A stretch of DNA of 32,000 nucleotides from Candidatus Methylomirabilis oxygeniifera (lineage in GTDB: Bacteria > Methylomirabilota > Methylomirabilia > Methylomirabilales > Methylomirabilaceae), in the NCBI GenBank assembly GCA_000091165.1, contig FP565575.1:2700001-2732000 (forward strand). Reading direction: 5' to 3'. The translations under genes and the position numbers were made by a program. The notes under the pieces are model-generated. The model ran no database searches, was not told the origin of the DNA, and saw nothing but the letters and a program-made list of their open reading frames with translations. Positions 1 through 9,628 of the stretch are shown one piece after another (within the stretch, counting starts at the first letter, position 1; the number at the start of each line of letters is the position of its first letter).

Positions 1-561
1 GAGGTAGACCATGATGGAAAAAGATCGGGCGGCGAGCTGACGGTCCTGCCTTCCGGAAAGGTGGAGGTTACGCTTCAAGACCGCGAGGCGCAAGAGTGGG
101 TCGGGGGGATCCTGAAGTCGCTCGTTAACCATCGACTGAAAACGGACACACACAAGCACGAGGAGGCGCCGATTGCCTTCGGTTCTGAGGATCGGCATCC
201 GTTGGGACGCCTGGTGAAGAAAGGCGACCGCTTCTCATCGACGTACCGCATCAAGGATCGACAGATTCTCCAGGTCAACCAGAAAACCGAAAAAGGATGG
301 TTGAGCCTGAACGTCTTAGAGTACGTCCAGACGCTTCATGGCTTCTTGCCCAGGCAGGTGGCTGTCTTTCAGTTCGACGAAAAGGGTGCGCTCGAGAAAA
401 GCACCGTCTTTACTGATGAGTATATCGAGGTAGAAAAGTTCTGGCTTCCTAAGTCCCGCGTGATCTTCGTCGCCCACGGGGCGAAGATCGAGGTCTCGAA
501 GATTTACTTCCAAAAGCACCGCCCGCTTCCGAAAGAAGCGGCTAAGGTCCCCGCTTCCTGA
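1..561 (+). CDS. hypothetical protein, 5'-truncated by window edge
   Basis: The frame of track ORF 61..561 stays open back to base 1 (EVDHDGKRSGGELTVLPSGK precedes the GTG at 61). Stop TGA is at 559-561. I recognise no family motif. Confidence 0.5.
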   Translation, partial: EVDHDGKRSGGELTVLPSGKVEVTLQDREAQEWVGGILKSLVNHRLKTDTHKHEEAPIAFGSEDRHPLGRLVKKGDRFSSTYRIKDRQILQVNQKTEKGWLSLNVLEYVQTLHGFLPRQVAVFQFDEKGALEKSTVFTDEYIEVEKFWLPKSRVIFVAHGAKIEVSKIYFQKHRPLPKEAAKVPAS

Positions 562-573
562 TCCCGGGCGTCG

Positions 574-1380
574 TTAATGCCCCTTTTCAGCGACGAGCAT
601 GAGCGCCGCAAGGTTCCGGTCGTACTGACGGAATACGCGCCGCATTGCGTGTATCCGCTGGCGCGCCGCCGGATTTCGCAGAACATTCCAGGCGATTCGC
701 GCCATCCCCGCCAGCCCTTCATTCCGGATCATCTGAGACGGTTCGAGCAGGTGCATCGGAGTAGTGGCCTGCGCCTTGATCATGAACCCTTCGCCTTGCA
801 GCAGCGCCTTCCATTCCGACACGGTCATCGGACGCACCCCCACATGAATGGACTGCGAGAGTGCGCGGTTGATGGCGTCTCTGGTCGCGCTGTCGATATC
901 GTCGGGAGCTAAAGCCAGTTCATGAATGCCGCAACGGCCGCCTGACGCCAGTACACGCTTGGCCTCCTGAATAATCCTGGCCTTGTTCTCCGGTGTCTTC
1001 ATACTCAACATCGCTTCGCAGTACACCACCGTGGCGCTACTGTCCGGTAAACCTGAGTGTTCCGCCTGGCCGACAACACACCGCTGATTATCGCCTTTCA
1101 GATAGCCCTGTACTCGTTTTGCGGCGGCATCGTCAGCTTCTACCGCGGTGTAGACGGACGGGGATTTCGCCAGCACCAGTTGCGCCGTCACACCCAGCCC
1201 TGGCGCAAATTCGACCACCCTGTCCGTTGGGCCGATCGTGAGTGCGTCCAGCATCCGGCGGGTTAATTCAAGGCCGCCGGGACGCAACACCCGTTTTCCC
1301 ATCTGTGCCAGCAGCCAGTGCCCCGGCATCTTCTCAACGTGCAGTCCGTGTCCCGGCAGGATCTCCTCGTGTTCACTCAT
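574..1380 (-). CDS. class I SAM-dependent methyltransferase
   Basis: Track ORF is 574..1434. I prefer ATG 1380 (MSEHEEILPG...). Motif I-like VVEFAPGLG and a later VLASGGRCGIHEL segment are typical of Rossmann-fold methyltransferases. Stop TAA is at 574-576. Confidence 0.75.
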   Translation of the reverse strand: MSEHEEILPGHGLHVEKMPGHWLLAQMGKRVLRPGGLELTRRMLDALTIGPTDRVVEFAPGLGVTAQLVLAKSPSVYTAVEADDAAAKRVQGYLKGDNQRCVVGQAEHSGLPDSSATVVYCEAMLSMKTPENKARIIQEAKRVLASGGRCGIHELALAPDDIDSATRDAINRALSQSIHVGVRPMTVSEWKALLQGEGFMIKAQATTPMHLLEPSQMIRNEGLAGMARIAWNVLRNPAARQRIHAMRRVFRQYDRNLAALMLVAEKGH

Positions 1381-1595
1381 GAGCTTTTCCGCTTTTCCTC
1401 TCGAATGGTTAGCCAGCAACCAGGAGTCACACACCCACAGTGGCTCATCGATGATCGGTTGCCTGGTTCATCTTTGTGAACAAGTCACAACTACTATTGT
1501 AGATCGTAGTCTCATAGTAGGGCAATCATATGCAAAGCGCAAGATACCTGGGAAGCGGTTGCGGCGTACGTACTCTGAGATCGCGCGGGGACCGC

Positions 1596-2504
1596 TCAAC
1601 TCGTGAACTGAAGCCGCGACAGGAGGGCATAGAGGGCAAAGTTGTAAGGCGCGTGAAGACCGTATTCGGCTGCTTTTTTTATGATAACGCCATTCAAGGC
1701 GTCATGCTCCAACGGTTTCCCCGCCTCATGGTCCTGACGCATTGATGTCTTCACGCCGTAGTGCCGGGAGAACTTGACGTTTCGTTCCCACACCTCTTCA
1801 CAAGCAAGGCTGACCCCTGACGCGTTCGCCACAGCGACAACCTCCGCCGTCACCAGCTTCGCCAGCTCAAGGGTGTGGGGATTCTCGAGAATGACCTTGA
1901 CGGGACCGCCGACCAGTGTATTGATCGCGTTAAAAGGGGCGTTCCAGGCGAGCTTCGTCCAGAGGACCGCCTGTATATTGGACGATATTTCAGCCGGAAG
2001 GCTGTAACGGTCGAAGAAGGCTTTAAGCCTGACAACCCGCTCGCTGATGCCGCCGTCGAACTCTCCGAATACGATCTTCCCGCTCTCCTGGTGAAGGACC
2101 ACCCCAGGCTCCGGCGCGCTCGCCCCGATGTAGGCCACCCCCGCCAAGACCTTCTCCTGTCCGATGAGAGACGCGATCTTTTCCTCATTGTCGATCCCAT
2201 TCTGAAGCGACAGAACGAGGGTGTCCTGCCCGACCATTGGGAGCGCCTGGCGAATAGCCGACTCGGTGTCGTACGATTTCACGCAGAAGAGAACTAAGTT
2301 GACGAGGCCAACTTCTGCAGGATCATCGGTAGCGTTGACCTGGACGGAGAAGTCCCCCTTCCAACTCTTGACCGTGAGGCCCTTCGCTCTGAGCGCCTCC
2401 AGGCGCTGCCCGCGGGCGATGAATGTGACATCGGCGCCGCCCTTGGCCAGCAGACCGCCGAAGTAGCCCCCCACCGCTCCCACCCCCACCATCGCTACCT
2501 TCAT
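1596..2504 (-). CDS. panE: 2-dehydropantoate 2-reductase (ketopantoate reductase, ApbA/PanE family)
   Basis: N-terminal dinucleotide fold MKVAMVGVGAVGGYFGGLLAKGGADVTFIARG, about 300 aa, with a PanE-like C-terminal helical domain. ATG 2504 is preceded by AGAGGT with a 6 nt spacer. The track start at 2540 lacks such support. Confidence 0.8.
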   Translation of the reverse strand: MKVAMVGVGAVGGYFGGLLAKGGADVTFIARGQRLEALRAKGLTVKSWKGDFSVQVNATDDPAEVGLVNLVLFCVKSYDTESAIRQALPMVGQDTLVLSLQNGIDNEEKIASLIGQEKVLAGVAYIGASAPEPGVVLHQESGKIVFGEFDGGISERVVRLKAFFDRYSLPAEISSNIQAVLWTKLAWNAPFNAINTLVGGPVKVILENPHTLELAKLVTAEVVAVANASGVSLACEEVWERNVKFSRHYGVKTSMRQDHEAGKPLEHDALNGVIIKKAAEYGLHAPYNFALYALLSRLQFTS

Positions 2505-2553
2505 GGTTTTACCTCTGGCCAGCGGGGCACTTGTGTGCATCCAAGATACACAA

Positions 2554-2844
2554 TTAAATGCGCCCCACCCAGTAGCGGGGCTCGCGATGCAGGTGTGCCA
2601 CGGCGACTACGACGATCGTTTCCCGATCAACACCGTAGATCAGCCCGTACGGAAAGCGGGCCAACAGGCAGCGATGCACCCCCGGCTCGATCTCAGGGCA
2701 CGACATCGGGAAAGTTACGGCCCGCCGAACTACCCGGTCCAATTCATCAAGAAACTCCTGCCCCAACCCTGTTGTCTGCTCGTTGTACCAGGCAACCGCG
2801 TCGTCGAGTTCCTGCTGGGCTAAGGTAAGAAAACGTACCTTCAC
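2554..2844 (-). CDS. type II toxin, RelE/ParE family
   Basis: 96 aa with family-typical layout (MKVRFLTLAQQELDDAVAWY ... RFPYGLIYGVDRETIVVVAVAH). The GTG start overlaps the upstream antitoxin stop in a GTGA 4-nt overlap at 2841-2844. Confidence 0.8.
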   Translation of the reverse strand: MKVRFLTLAQQELDDAVAWYNEQTTGLGQEFLDELDRVVRRAVTFPMSCPEIEPGVHRCLLARFPYGLIYGVDRETIVVVAVAHLHREPRYWVGRI

Positions 2845-3062
2845 GAGCGGCGATGCTTGGCCATGACGGTCTCATAGGATACCGTCGCGGCCCGTCCGGC
2901 CTTGTAAGCCGCCCAGCGCTTGCGCGCTTCATCCGCCCACACCCGGTCAATCTGCGGGTCCGGTTTGTCCAAGTCTGCCAGGATGGCATCCACCAGCCGC
3001 AATTTCTCTACGTCAGGCAGACCATGAATCTCCGCCGCGAGCTTGTCCACTGTCTTGGCCAT
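2841..3062 (-). CDS. antitoxin, putative addiction-module component (small helical, TIGR02574-like)
   Basis: 73 aa (MAKTVDKLAAEIHGLPDVEKLRLVDAILADLD...WADEARKRWAAYKAG), a typical partner of ParE/RelE toxins. SD GGAGAG lies 7 nt upstream of ATG 3062, and the gene is coupled to the toxin. Confidence 0.75.
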   Translation of the reverse strand: MAKTVDKLAAEIHGLPDVEKLRLVDAILADLDKPDPQIDRVWADEARKRWAAYKAGRAATVSYETVMAKHRRS

Positions 3063-3257
3063 GTCAGTCTCTCCGTTCGCATTCAGTCACAAACCGTCTT
3101 TCTCGCACCACCAGTACGACCATTCTACCCCAAACTACGCCTCTCCCCAAATCTCCCGCAGTTTCGACTGACTCTTCTTCTCCATCCCCACAATCAGTTC
3201 CCGATTTGCCTCCACCAAGGCCCGCTCTATGCGGTCGGTTCCAGTGTTGGCTAACCC

Positions 3258-3389
3258 TCAATTCTTCGCGCCAAGAAAATAGTGTCTGTCCCTATTTCTC
3301 CACTCAAGTGCCAGGAGATGGGGCGGCCGGTCTGTTTCGTCCCGCGTGACAGGGACCAGCTTGGCCACCGGCTTCCCCCTGTCAGTCAC
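3258..3389 (-). pseudogene. remnant of a Phd/YefM-type antitoxin (N-terminus missing)
   Basis: Minus-strand translation gives (EEVI)VTDRGKPVAKLVPVTRDETDRPP..., the hallmark xxGKPVAxLVP strand of Phd/YefM antitoxins. A stop lies just upstream of EEVI and only 43 codons remain from a GTG. No cognate toxin ORF follows. Confidence 0.4.
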
Positions 3390-3473
3390 GATGACCTCCT
3401 CTATAAGGTGTCAAATTACCTCATCTCGCCGTCTTGACCGCCGGCCCCTTCAACTCGGCAAAGAGTCGGCACT

Positions 3474-4832
3474 TCACAGGGGGATGTTGTAGCGCTTGAT
3501 TTTGCTGTTGAGGGTTTTCAGGTCTATGCCGAGAAGTCTGGCTGCCTGCATCTTTTTGCCGCCCGTATGATCGAGAACCCGGATGAGGTGCAGCCGCTCC
3601 ATCTCGACCAGCGAGACGGGGCCACCCGTAGAGCCGCTCGGAAACCGGATGTTGGGCGGCAGATCCTCCAGGCCGATGACGTCGCCGGAGGAGAGGATCT
3701 GAAGGCGCTCGATCGTATTCGCAAGCTCTCGCACATTGCCAGGCCACGGGTGGTCCGCCAGTGATTGTATCGCCTCCAGGGAGATGGTCTTGGCCGTGTG
3801 ACCGGTTACTTGGAATTGCGTCAAGAAATGCTCAATGAGGAGCGGGATGTCCTCCTTCCGCTCGCGTAAGGACGGCAGCGTCAAGCTGACGACGTTCAGT
3901 CGATAATAGAGGTCGTCGCGGAATCGGCCCGTCCGCACCTCTTGGGCCAGGTCTTTATTGGTCGCGGCGATGATGCGCACATCCACCCGGTGCACGCGGG
4001 TGCCGCCAACCCGTCGCAACTCCTTGGTATCGAGCACTTGAAGGAGCTTGGCCTGCATAGCCTGGCTCATCTCCCCCACCTCATCCAGCAGCAGGGTCCC
4101 ACCCCCCGCTACCTCAAAGAGACCCATCTTGACACTGGTCGCGCCGGTGAACGCCCCCTTCTCATGCCCGAACAGCTCGCTCTCCAGCAGCGGATCCTGA
4201 AAGCCGCTGCAATTGATGATCAGAAACGGTCCGCCGGCTCGAGGGCTCGCCATATGAATCGCCTTGGCCGCCACACTCTTGCCGGTCCCGCTCTCTCCCT
4301 GGATCAGGACGCTTGCCTCGCTTGGCGCAATCCGCCGTACGGTGGCCAACACGGAGGCCATGGCGGGACTGTGACCGACCATGATCGGTGCAGGCTCGCG
4401 TTGGGCGACCATGCGGCGTAGGGCCGTATTCTCCGTGCGCAGGCGCTTCCGCTCTGCGGCGCGCCGCAGCACCTCCTCTAATTCAACGAGCTTGAACGGT
4501 TTAGTCAGATAGTCGTAAGCGCCCAGCTTCATCGCCTGGATGGCGCTATCCACATCGGGGTGGCCGGTCAGGATGACCACCTCCGCCGAGGTGCCGGAAT
4601 CGCGAATCCGGCGGAGCGCCTCCATCCCCCCGATTCCAGGCATTTTGAGGTCGAGGAGGATAACGTCGAACTCCCGCGTTCGCAACTGCTCCAGCGCCTC
4701 TTCGCCGCTTCCGGCGCAGGTGACCATATAACCCGCGCGTGGCAGCTCATTTTCCATAAGCAGTCGGATGGGTCGCTCGTCATCGACCACAAGCGCGCGG
4801 GTCGCATCGCTTCGTTCAGCCGCGTGAACCAT
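3474..4832 (-). CDS. sigma54-dependent response regulator (NtrC/Fis family enhancer-binding protein)
   Basis: Receiver domain ([13 protein letters not shown]..., ILLDLKMPG). AAA+ sigma54-interaction domain (GESGTGKS Walker A, GAFTGA loop, LLLDEVGE Walker B). C-terminal Fis-type HTH ([19 protein letters not shown]). ATG 4832 has GGAGGG 5 nt upstream and overlaps the kinase 3' end by 17 nt. Confidence 0.9.
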   Translation of the reverse strand: MVHAAERSDATRALVVDDERPIRLLMENELPRAGYMVTCAGSGEEALEQLRTREFDVILLDLKMPGIGGMEALRRIRDSGTSAEVVILTGHPDVDSAIQAMKLGAYDYLTKPFKLVELEEVLRRAAERKRLRTENTALRRMVAQREPAPIMVGHSPAMASVLATVRRIAPSEASVLIQGESGTGKSVAAKAIHMASPRAGGPFLIINCSGFQDPLLESELFGHEKGAFTGATSVKMGLFEVAGGGTLLLDEVGEMSQAMQAKLLQVLDTKELRRVGGTRVHRVDVRIIAATNKDLAQEVRTGRFRDDLYYRLNVVSLTLPSLRERKEDIPLLIEHFLTQFQVTGHTAKTISLEAIQSLADHPWPGNVRELANTIERLQILSSGDVIGLEDLPPNIRFPSGSTGGPVSLVEMERLHLIRVLDHTGGKKMQAARLLGIDLKTLNSKIKRYNIPL

Positions 4833-6162
4833 CTTTACCCTCCGTCCCCTGGAGATCGGGCCGCTTTCCATCTATCTCGCTGCGGTCGGCCAGCGGCAGA
4901 CTGACGATGACCGTCGTGCCCTTTCCAATCCCTCTGCTTCGCACCTCGATGCTGCCTTTATGTTGCTCGACAATGCTCTGACTAATCGCGAGGCCAAGGC
5001 CTGTCCCCTTGCCCACCTCCTTGGTAGTAAAGAACGGATCAAAGACCCTCGAAAGGTTGTCCGGCGAGATCCCGCTGCCCGTGTCGGACACGAACACATC
5101 GAGCCATCTTTGTTCACCCGCCGGATCGACGGCCTCTTGACGGTGATAGGCGTTGATGCGAATCTCCCCGCCGCTCTCGATGGCATCGAGCGCATTTGTC
5201 AGAAGGTTCAGAAAGACCTGCTGAAGCATCTGGGCATCAGCCTGAACCACACTCCTGTCCGGGAATGGAGCAACGACAATCCGCTGATTTTCGAGGCTGG
5301 CCTGCCGCTCCACAAACGAGACCGCGTGTAACGCCACATCATACAGATCCACCAAACTGAAGGTCGGCTCGCGTTGGCGCGCGAAATCGAGCAGACGACG
5401 GACAATAGTTGCTGCACGAGCCACTTCATCTTGGATCATCGTGACATATTGTCTCCACTCTGCGAGGGCGGCAAGGTCACCGATCTCCGCTGTCTCGATA
5501 CGCCGCTGAAGGGCCTCGGCGAAACCGGCTACGGAGGAGAGGGGGTTGTTCAGTTCATGGGCCAAGCCGGCGGCCAATCGACCAAGCGAGGCGAGCTTCT
5601 CCTGTCGGACCAGCAACTGCTGCGATTGTTTCAACTCGTCATACGAGCGCCGCAGTTCCTCATACAGGCTGGCGTTCTCGAGGGCAATGGCGGCCTGAGT
5701 GGCCAACGTGATGGCCAGGGTCTCATCCTCTTCACTGAACTCGGCGGCGCCCTGCTTCTCCGTCACGTAGAGGTTGCCACGGACCTTCCCTTTTGATACG
5801 ACGGGTACGCCCAGGAAGGAGTGCATCACAGGATGATGAGAAGGGAACCCGTGCGCGCGCGGGTCTGTCATCAGGTTCTTCAGGCGGAGGGGCTTTCCCT
5901 CGCGCACCAGCACACCGAGAATCCCCTTTCCGACCGGCGGCGGGCCGATAGCCTGTCTGGCAGTCTCGTCAATGCCCGCCGTGATGAACCGGCTGAGGCC
6001 GCCCTTGCCATCCAGGACGCCAAGAGCGGCATATTTGGCGCTCATCAACTTACAGGCCATGTTGACGATACGCTGCAAGACCTCTTCAAGAGAGAGCTTC
6101 GCGGTGAGGATCATGCCTGCCTTCACAAGCATCCGAAGCTGGCTCATCTCTCTCCTGTCCAT
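4816..6162 (-). CDS. soluble sensor histidine kinase with GAF domain
   Basis: GAF-like segment ([17 protein letters not shown]...GVLDGKGG...), H-box [17 protein letters not shown]-box LLTNALDA, G1 DTGSGI, G2 GTGLGLAIS, and no TM segment. The start is uncertain. The track ORF extends to GTG 6282, which would overlap the divergent Nudix start. ATG 6162 has GGGGAGGAAGAGG immediately upstream. Confidence 0.8.
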   Translation of the reverse strand: MDRREMSQLRMLVKAGMILTAKLSLEEVLQRIVNMACKLMSAKYAALGVLDGKGGLSRFITAGIDETARQAIGPPPVGKGILGVLVREGKPLRLKNLMTDPRAHGFPSHHPVMHSFLGVPVVSKGKVRGNLYVTEKQGAAEFSEEDETLAITLATQAAIALENASLYEELRRSYDELKQSQQLLVRQEKLASLGRLAAGLAHELNNPLSSVAGFAEALQRRIETAEIGDLAALAEWRQYVTMIQDEVARAATIVRRLLDFARQREPTFSLVDLYDVALHAVSFVERQASLENQRIVVAPFPDRSVVQADAQMLQQVFLNLLTNALDAIESGGEIRINAYHRQEAVDPAGEQRWLDVFVSDTGSGISPDNLSRVFDPFFTTKEVGKGTGLGLAISQSIVEQHKGSIEVRSRGIGKGTTVIVSLPLADRSEIDGKRPDLQGTEGKDGSRG

Positions 6163-6190
6163 CCTCTTCCTCCCCTCGTAAAAGTCGGCG

Positions 6191-6219
6191 TTGACAGCAG
6201 CCTGCAGCGCCTCTATCCT
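6191..6219 (+). promoter_or_regulatory. candidate sigma70 promoter for the Nudix gene (TTGACA-17 nt-TATCCT)
   Basis: TTGACA at 6191-6196, a 17-nt spacer, TATCCT at 6214-6219, about 35 nt upstream of ATG 6254. Sequence match only. Confidence 0.35.
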
Positions 6220-6253
6220 CTCCTCGGCAGGCTCAATCGTTGCGGGAGGAGAC

Positions 6254-6835
6254 ATGAAACTCATCGAACAAGTCATCAGCACGCAGGTCGTCTACGCTGG
6301 GGCGTATCTTTCAACCGAGCAACAGACGGTCATCCTGCCGAATGGCCGACAGGCGGTCCGCGACATCGTTCGTCCTCCGGACGCCGTTGCGATTGTGCCG
6401 ATCGACGACGATGGTCGAATCTACCTGGTTCGGCAGTATCGACCGGCCATCCGGCGAGCCATCTACGAGATTCCGGCCGGCATCATCGATCCAGGCGAAC
6501 GCCCGACTGCCACGGCTCGCCGGGAGTGCGAAGAAGAGATTGGACTTCGCCCGCGCCGGCTGCTCACGTTGTGTACCTTCTATTCCGCGGTCGGCTTCTC
6601 CACCGGGTCTATCCGGCTTTTTCTGGCTCAAGGACTCATCGCCGGCCGGGACCGTCGCCACGACGCCACCGAGTTCCTGCAGGTCCATGCGGTTCCGTTC
6701 GAACAGGCCTACCAGTGGGTCTTATCACACAAGATCGTGGACGCCAAGAGCATCGTTGGTATTCTCTGGGCCAGGCAACGGCTTGATCTCCCACCGCTCC
6801 GCGATCGGCGACAGCCGACTCGACGGCAGTCTTAG
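6254..6835 (+). CDS. Nudix hydrolase, ADP-ribose pyrophosphatase-like
   Basis: Nudix box GIIDPGERPTATARRECEEEIGL (GX5EX7REUXEEXGU). The N-terminus MKLIEQVISTQVVYAGAYL resembles NudF/ADPRase. ATG 6254 is preceded by GGGAGGAG. The track start at 6191 is unsupported. Confidence 0.8.
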   Translation: MKLIEQVISTQVVYAGAYLSTEQQTVILPNGRQAVRDIVRPPDAVAIVPIDDDGRIYLVRQYRPAIRRAIYEIPAGIIDPGERPTATARRECEEEIGLRPRRLLTLCTFYSAVGFSTGSIRLFLAQGLIAGRDRRHDATEFLQVHAVPFEQAYQWVLSHKIVDAKSIVGILWARQRLDLPPLRDRRQPTRRQS

Positions 6836-6859
6836 CAACACCCAACAGTGTACTGTTCG

Positions 6860-7762
6860 TCACTCCCGGCCGAGGAACTCCAGGATCGCCTGGTTGGTCT
6901 CGTCGGGCGTCTCCCACATCGGCATATGACCGCTGTCTTTGATCACGACCAGTTCGGAATCCCGGATTGAGGCGTGGAGCTGCCTTCCAACCTCCACAGA
7001 AAACAGCTCATCCTGTTCGCCCCAGATGATCAGCGTCGGTTGGCGCAAGGTCTCCAGCGCTCCGGCATATCGAGCCACCTCATCAGCGTAGCGCACCGTA
7101 GAGGCGATGGCCCTGGCGGTTCCTGCAATGCGGCCGATCCGGTATTGTCGCTCCACCACCGCGTCGGTGATCAGTCGATCGTGATGCACGGCCTCCGTGA
7201 GGCCCAGTCGTACCATGCGGCGAGTCCGTAACGCAACGATCAGGTAAGTCAAGAGAGGGATATGCCGCATCGCAAGGAACCAACGCAAAGGGCGATTGTG
7301 AACCGCGGGAACCACCTGCGGGGGGATGCCGTCAATCAAGACAAGCTTGTCAACTCGCTCGGGATGGGTGAGAGCGAACGCCCAGGCGATCCCCGCACCC
7401 ATCGAGTTGCCGATCAGGCCGGCACGGCTCACGCCGAGTCGATCCATGAACTGCTTGATCATCTCGACAAAGAATGACGGCGTGTAGTCAACCTTCGGCC
7501 GATCAGAATAGCCGTACCCGAGGAGATCGGGGATGTACAGGCGATACCTCTTTGACAGCGCCGCCACCTGTTTCTCCCACATCCAGATCTCTCCTCCAAA
7601 GCCGTGAAGCAATAGAAGCGGGGGGCCCTCGCCGGTTACGACATACGCGATCGTTCCCTCATCAATCTTCGCCAGCTTCAGTTCGAGGGCGGGGTTCCAG
7701 TCAAAGACGGTCGGACGGACGAGCGGCCGAGCACCGGCCATCGCTATCGCGTTCGCACCCAC
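6860..7762 (-). CDS. alpha/beta-fold hydrolase
   Basis: HGFGG oxyanion motif, nucleophile elbow GNSMG, C-terminal catalytic His context DSGHMPMWE. The start may be 7762 or ATG 7741. Confidence 0.8.
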   Translation of the reverse strand: MGANAIAMAGARPLVRPTVFDWNPALELKLAKIDEGTIAYVVTGEGPPLLLLHGFGGEIWMWEKQVAALSKRYRLYIPDLLGYGYSDRPKVDYTPSFFVEMIKQFMDRLGVSRAGLIGNSMGAGIAWAFALTHPERVDKLVLIDGIPPQVVPAVHNRPLRWFLAMRHIPLLTYLIVALRTRRMVRLGLTEAVHHDRLITDAVVERQYRIGRIAGTARAIASTVRYADEVARYAGALETLRQPTLIIWGEQDELFSVEVGRQLHASIRDSELVVIKDSGHMPMWETPDETNQAILEFLGRE

Positions 7763-7888
7763 ACAGACACCTCATCCGAATGGGATCCCGGGACTACGTC
7801 GCTATCGGTGTGCTGCCAGGATCGTTCTGTGCCGGACCAAGATGGAAGAAAAAACCTTGTACGGTATACGGAAATCTAGTAGCATGGT

Positions 7889-9148
7889 TTGAATTGCTTG
7901 TCCACACTCTCCTGTGTGAACGTCCATCAGAGGATACCCCTGTTCTTGCGATTTATACTGCTCCGGTCGATCATCTTTGGGATTCTCATCGCATCTCAGC
8001 TCTATCTCTTCGTGAGAGGGGATCGGGCATTGCGGCTATCCCCGTGGAGTCCCAGGCGTAAGACACTGCTCCGTCTCGTCCTGAGCGGGTTTTTTGTTTC
8101 AACGCTGATTATCTATGTCGCCTTCCTCTCCCAATGGGCTCCTCTCGAGCACCCATCTCCACTGATCCTGTATACGCTGATTTATCCGACCGCCATCTGG
8201 AGTTTCGGATCGCTGTTCTCATCGCTGCTGCTGCTTCTGGCCAATCTGAGCGGCTATGGCGTCAGATGGTTCCGCTCCAGGGTTGGCTCGCAGGCTAACG
8301 CCTCCGCGCCACCACTCGATCCCTCGCGCAGGATATTTATGCAAACCTCGCTGGGTGCGCTGGCCGCGGCGCCTATCCTGATCTCGGGCTATGGAGCGTC
8401 CTACGCAAGCAGTGGAGGAGAGATTGAGGAGGTGCATCTGTCGCTCGGCTCGACCCATCCTTTTGATCGCCCGCTGAAGGTGGTTCAGATTTCCGACATC
8501 CACTCCGGCCTCTTTATGACTCCGGCCCGGATGCGTCAGTCTGTCGAGGCGATTCGGCAGCTTGAGCCTGATCTGTTTCTGATGACAGGGGATTTCATCT
8601 CCAACTCGCCGGCCGATCTCCCACCCTGCATCAAGGAACTCGCGCGGGTTAAGAGCCGGTATGGAAGTTTCGCCGTCCTTGGCAACCATGAACATTGGTA
8701 TGGAGAGATCGAACAGATAATTGCGGCGTTCGAAGGCGCGGGGATCTCGATGCTGCACAATGCCCATCGGGTCGTGGAGACCGATCGCGGCTCGATTGCC
8801 GTTGCCGGCATCGATGATCTGCGCGTCGGACGGCCTGATCTTGGCCGAGCACTGAACGGCCTGAATCCGACGCTTCCAACCCTACTGCTGTCTCATCGTC
8901 CTGAGATCTTTCCGCAGGCCGCCGCGCGTAACATTGGTCTCACCCTGTCCGGCCATTACCATGGGGGGCAGGTCAAGGTGAGTGCGCTCGGGCTGAGTGT
9001 CAGCCTTGCTCATCTGCTCAGCTCATACCCGGAGGGTCTCTACCGTCTCGGGAAGTCCCACCTGTATGTCAACCGCGGTCTTGGGACCACCGGAACCCCC
9101 GTCCGCGTCAATGCCAGTCCGGAGATTACGCTGTTCCATCTCACCTAG
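7889..9148 (+). CDS. membrane-anchored metallophosphoesterase (calcineurin-like)
   Basis: N-terminal about 130 aa with several hydrophobic helices. Phosphoesterase motifs follow: ISDIHSG, MTGDFISN, LGNHEHW, SGHYHGGQ. The TTG start at 7889 is uncertain. Confidence 0.8.
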   Translation: MNCLSTLSCVNVHQRIPLFLRFILLRSIIFGILIASQLYLFVRGDRALRLSPWSPRRKTLLRLVLSGFFVSTLIIYVAFLSQWAPLEHPSPLILYTLIYPTAIWSFGSLFSSLLLLLANLSGYGVRWFRSRVGSQANASAPPLDPSRRIFMQTSLGALAAAPILISGYGASYASSGGEIEEVHLSLGSTHPFDRPLKVVQISDIHSGLFMTPARMRQSVEAIRQLEPDLFLMTGDFISNSPADLPPCIKELARVKSRYGSFAVLGNHEHWYGEIEQIIAAFEGAGISMLHNAHRVVETDRGSIAVAGIDDLRVGRPDLGRALNGLNPTLPTLLLSHRPEIFPQAAARNIGLTLSGHYHGGQVKVSALGLSVSLAHLLSSYPEGLYRLGKSHLYVNRGLGTTGTPVRVNASPEITLFHLT

Positions 9149-9265
9149 AGGTGACGAATCGACTGGGTGGGTGGATGCGTGTGGCCGGGGATCCTTCAGT
9201 TGAGGAAGAAAGGCTGCCAGGCGAGCCGAGGGGTCAGGGCTCACTTCAAAGGTGCCACTGCCTTG

Positions 9266-9628
9266 CTATCTGGCAAAGATCATTTTGAGGGAGATCAGGA
9301 ACAGCGCAATCCCGAACAGTTTCTCCAGTACCGAGCCTGATAATCCAACCGCCAGTTTGGCGCCCAGTAAACCTCCAGCGAAGAAACCGATACAGATAAG
9401 GGTGGCTATTCTCAGATCGACATACCCTTTACTGTAGTAGGTCCAGGCTGCCAACAGACCGATGGGCGGTACTAAGAGGGCCAGCGTCGTTCCCTGGGCC
9501 TGATGTTGCGACAACCCGAACACCAATACCAGCGCGGGAATAATGATAATCCCCCCGCCGATTCCGATCAATCCGCTGAAGATTCCCGCAACCACACCCA
9601 ACAGAACGTAGAGCAGTATCTCCGTCAT
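9266..9628 (-). CDS. TSUP/TauE-SafE family membrane protein, half-size (about 120 aa, 4 predicted TM)
   Basis: MTEILLYVLLGVVAGIFSGLIGIGGGIIIIPALV... carries the glycine-rich TSUP signature. ATG 9628 is preferred over the track start 9673. Confidence 0.7.
   Translation of the reverse strand: MTEILLYVLLGVVAGIFSGLIGIGGGIIIIPALVLVFGLSQHQAQGTTLALLVPPIGLLAAWTYYSKGYVDLRIATLICIGFFAGGLLGAKLAVGLSGSVLEKLFGIALFLISLKMIFAR

Noticed and set aside
1474-1490. TTGTGA-N5-TCACAA palindrome upstream of the first methyltransferase, initially read as a CRP/FNR-type site
   Set aside because: CRP-type sites are TGTGA-N6-TCACA and FNR sites are TTGAT-N4-ATCAA. The spacing here is N5, so it fits neither class. It may still be an operator for an unknown factor, but I cannot support a call.
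3064-3261. 65-aa minus-strand ORF
   Set aside because: It is G/R/V-rich and lacks an SD. A different frame of the same stretch looks more coding-like, so the region is treated as TA debris.
5821-6786. 321-aa plus-strand ORF spanning the kinase 5' end and the Nudix gene
   Set aside because: It overlaps two well-supported genes (kinase on the opposite strand, Nudix in another frame). Its composition is R/S/P-rich and it has no motifs.
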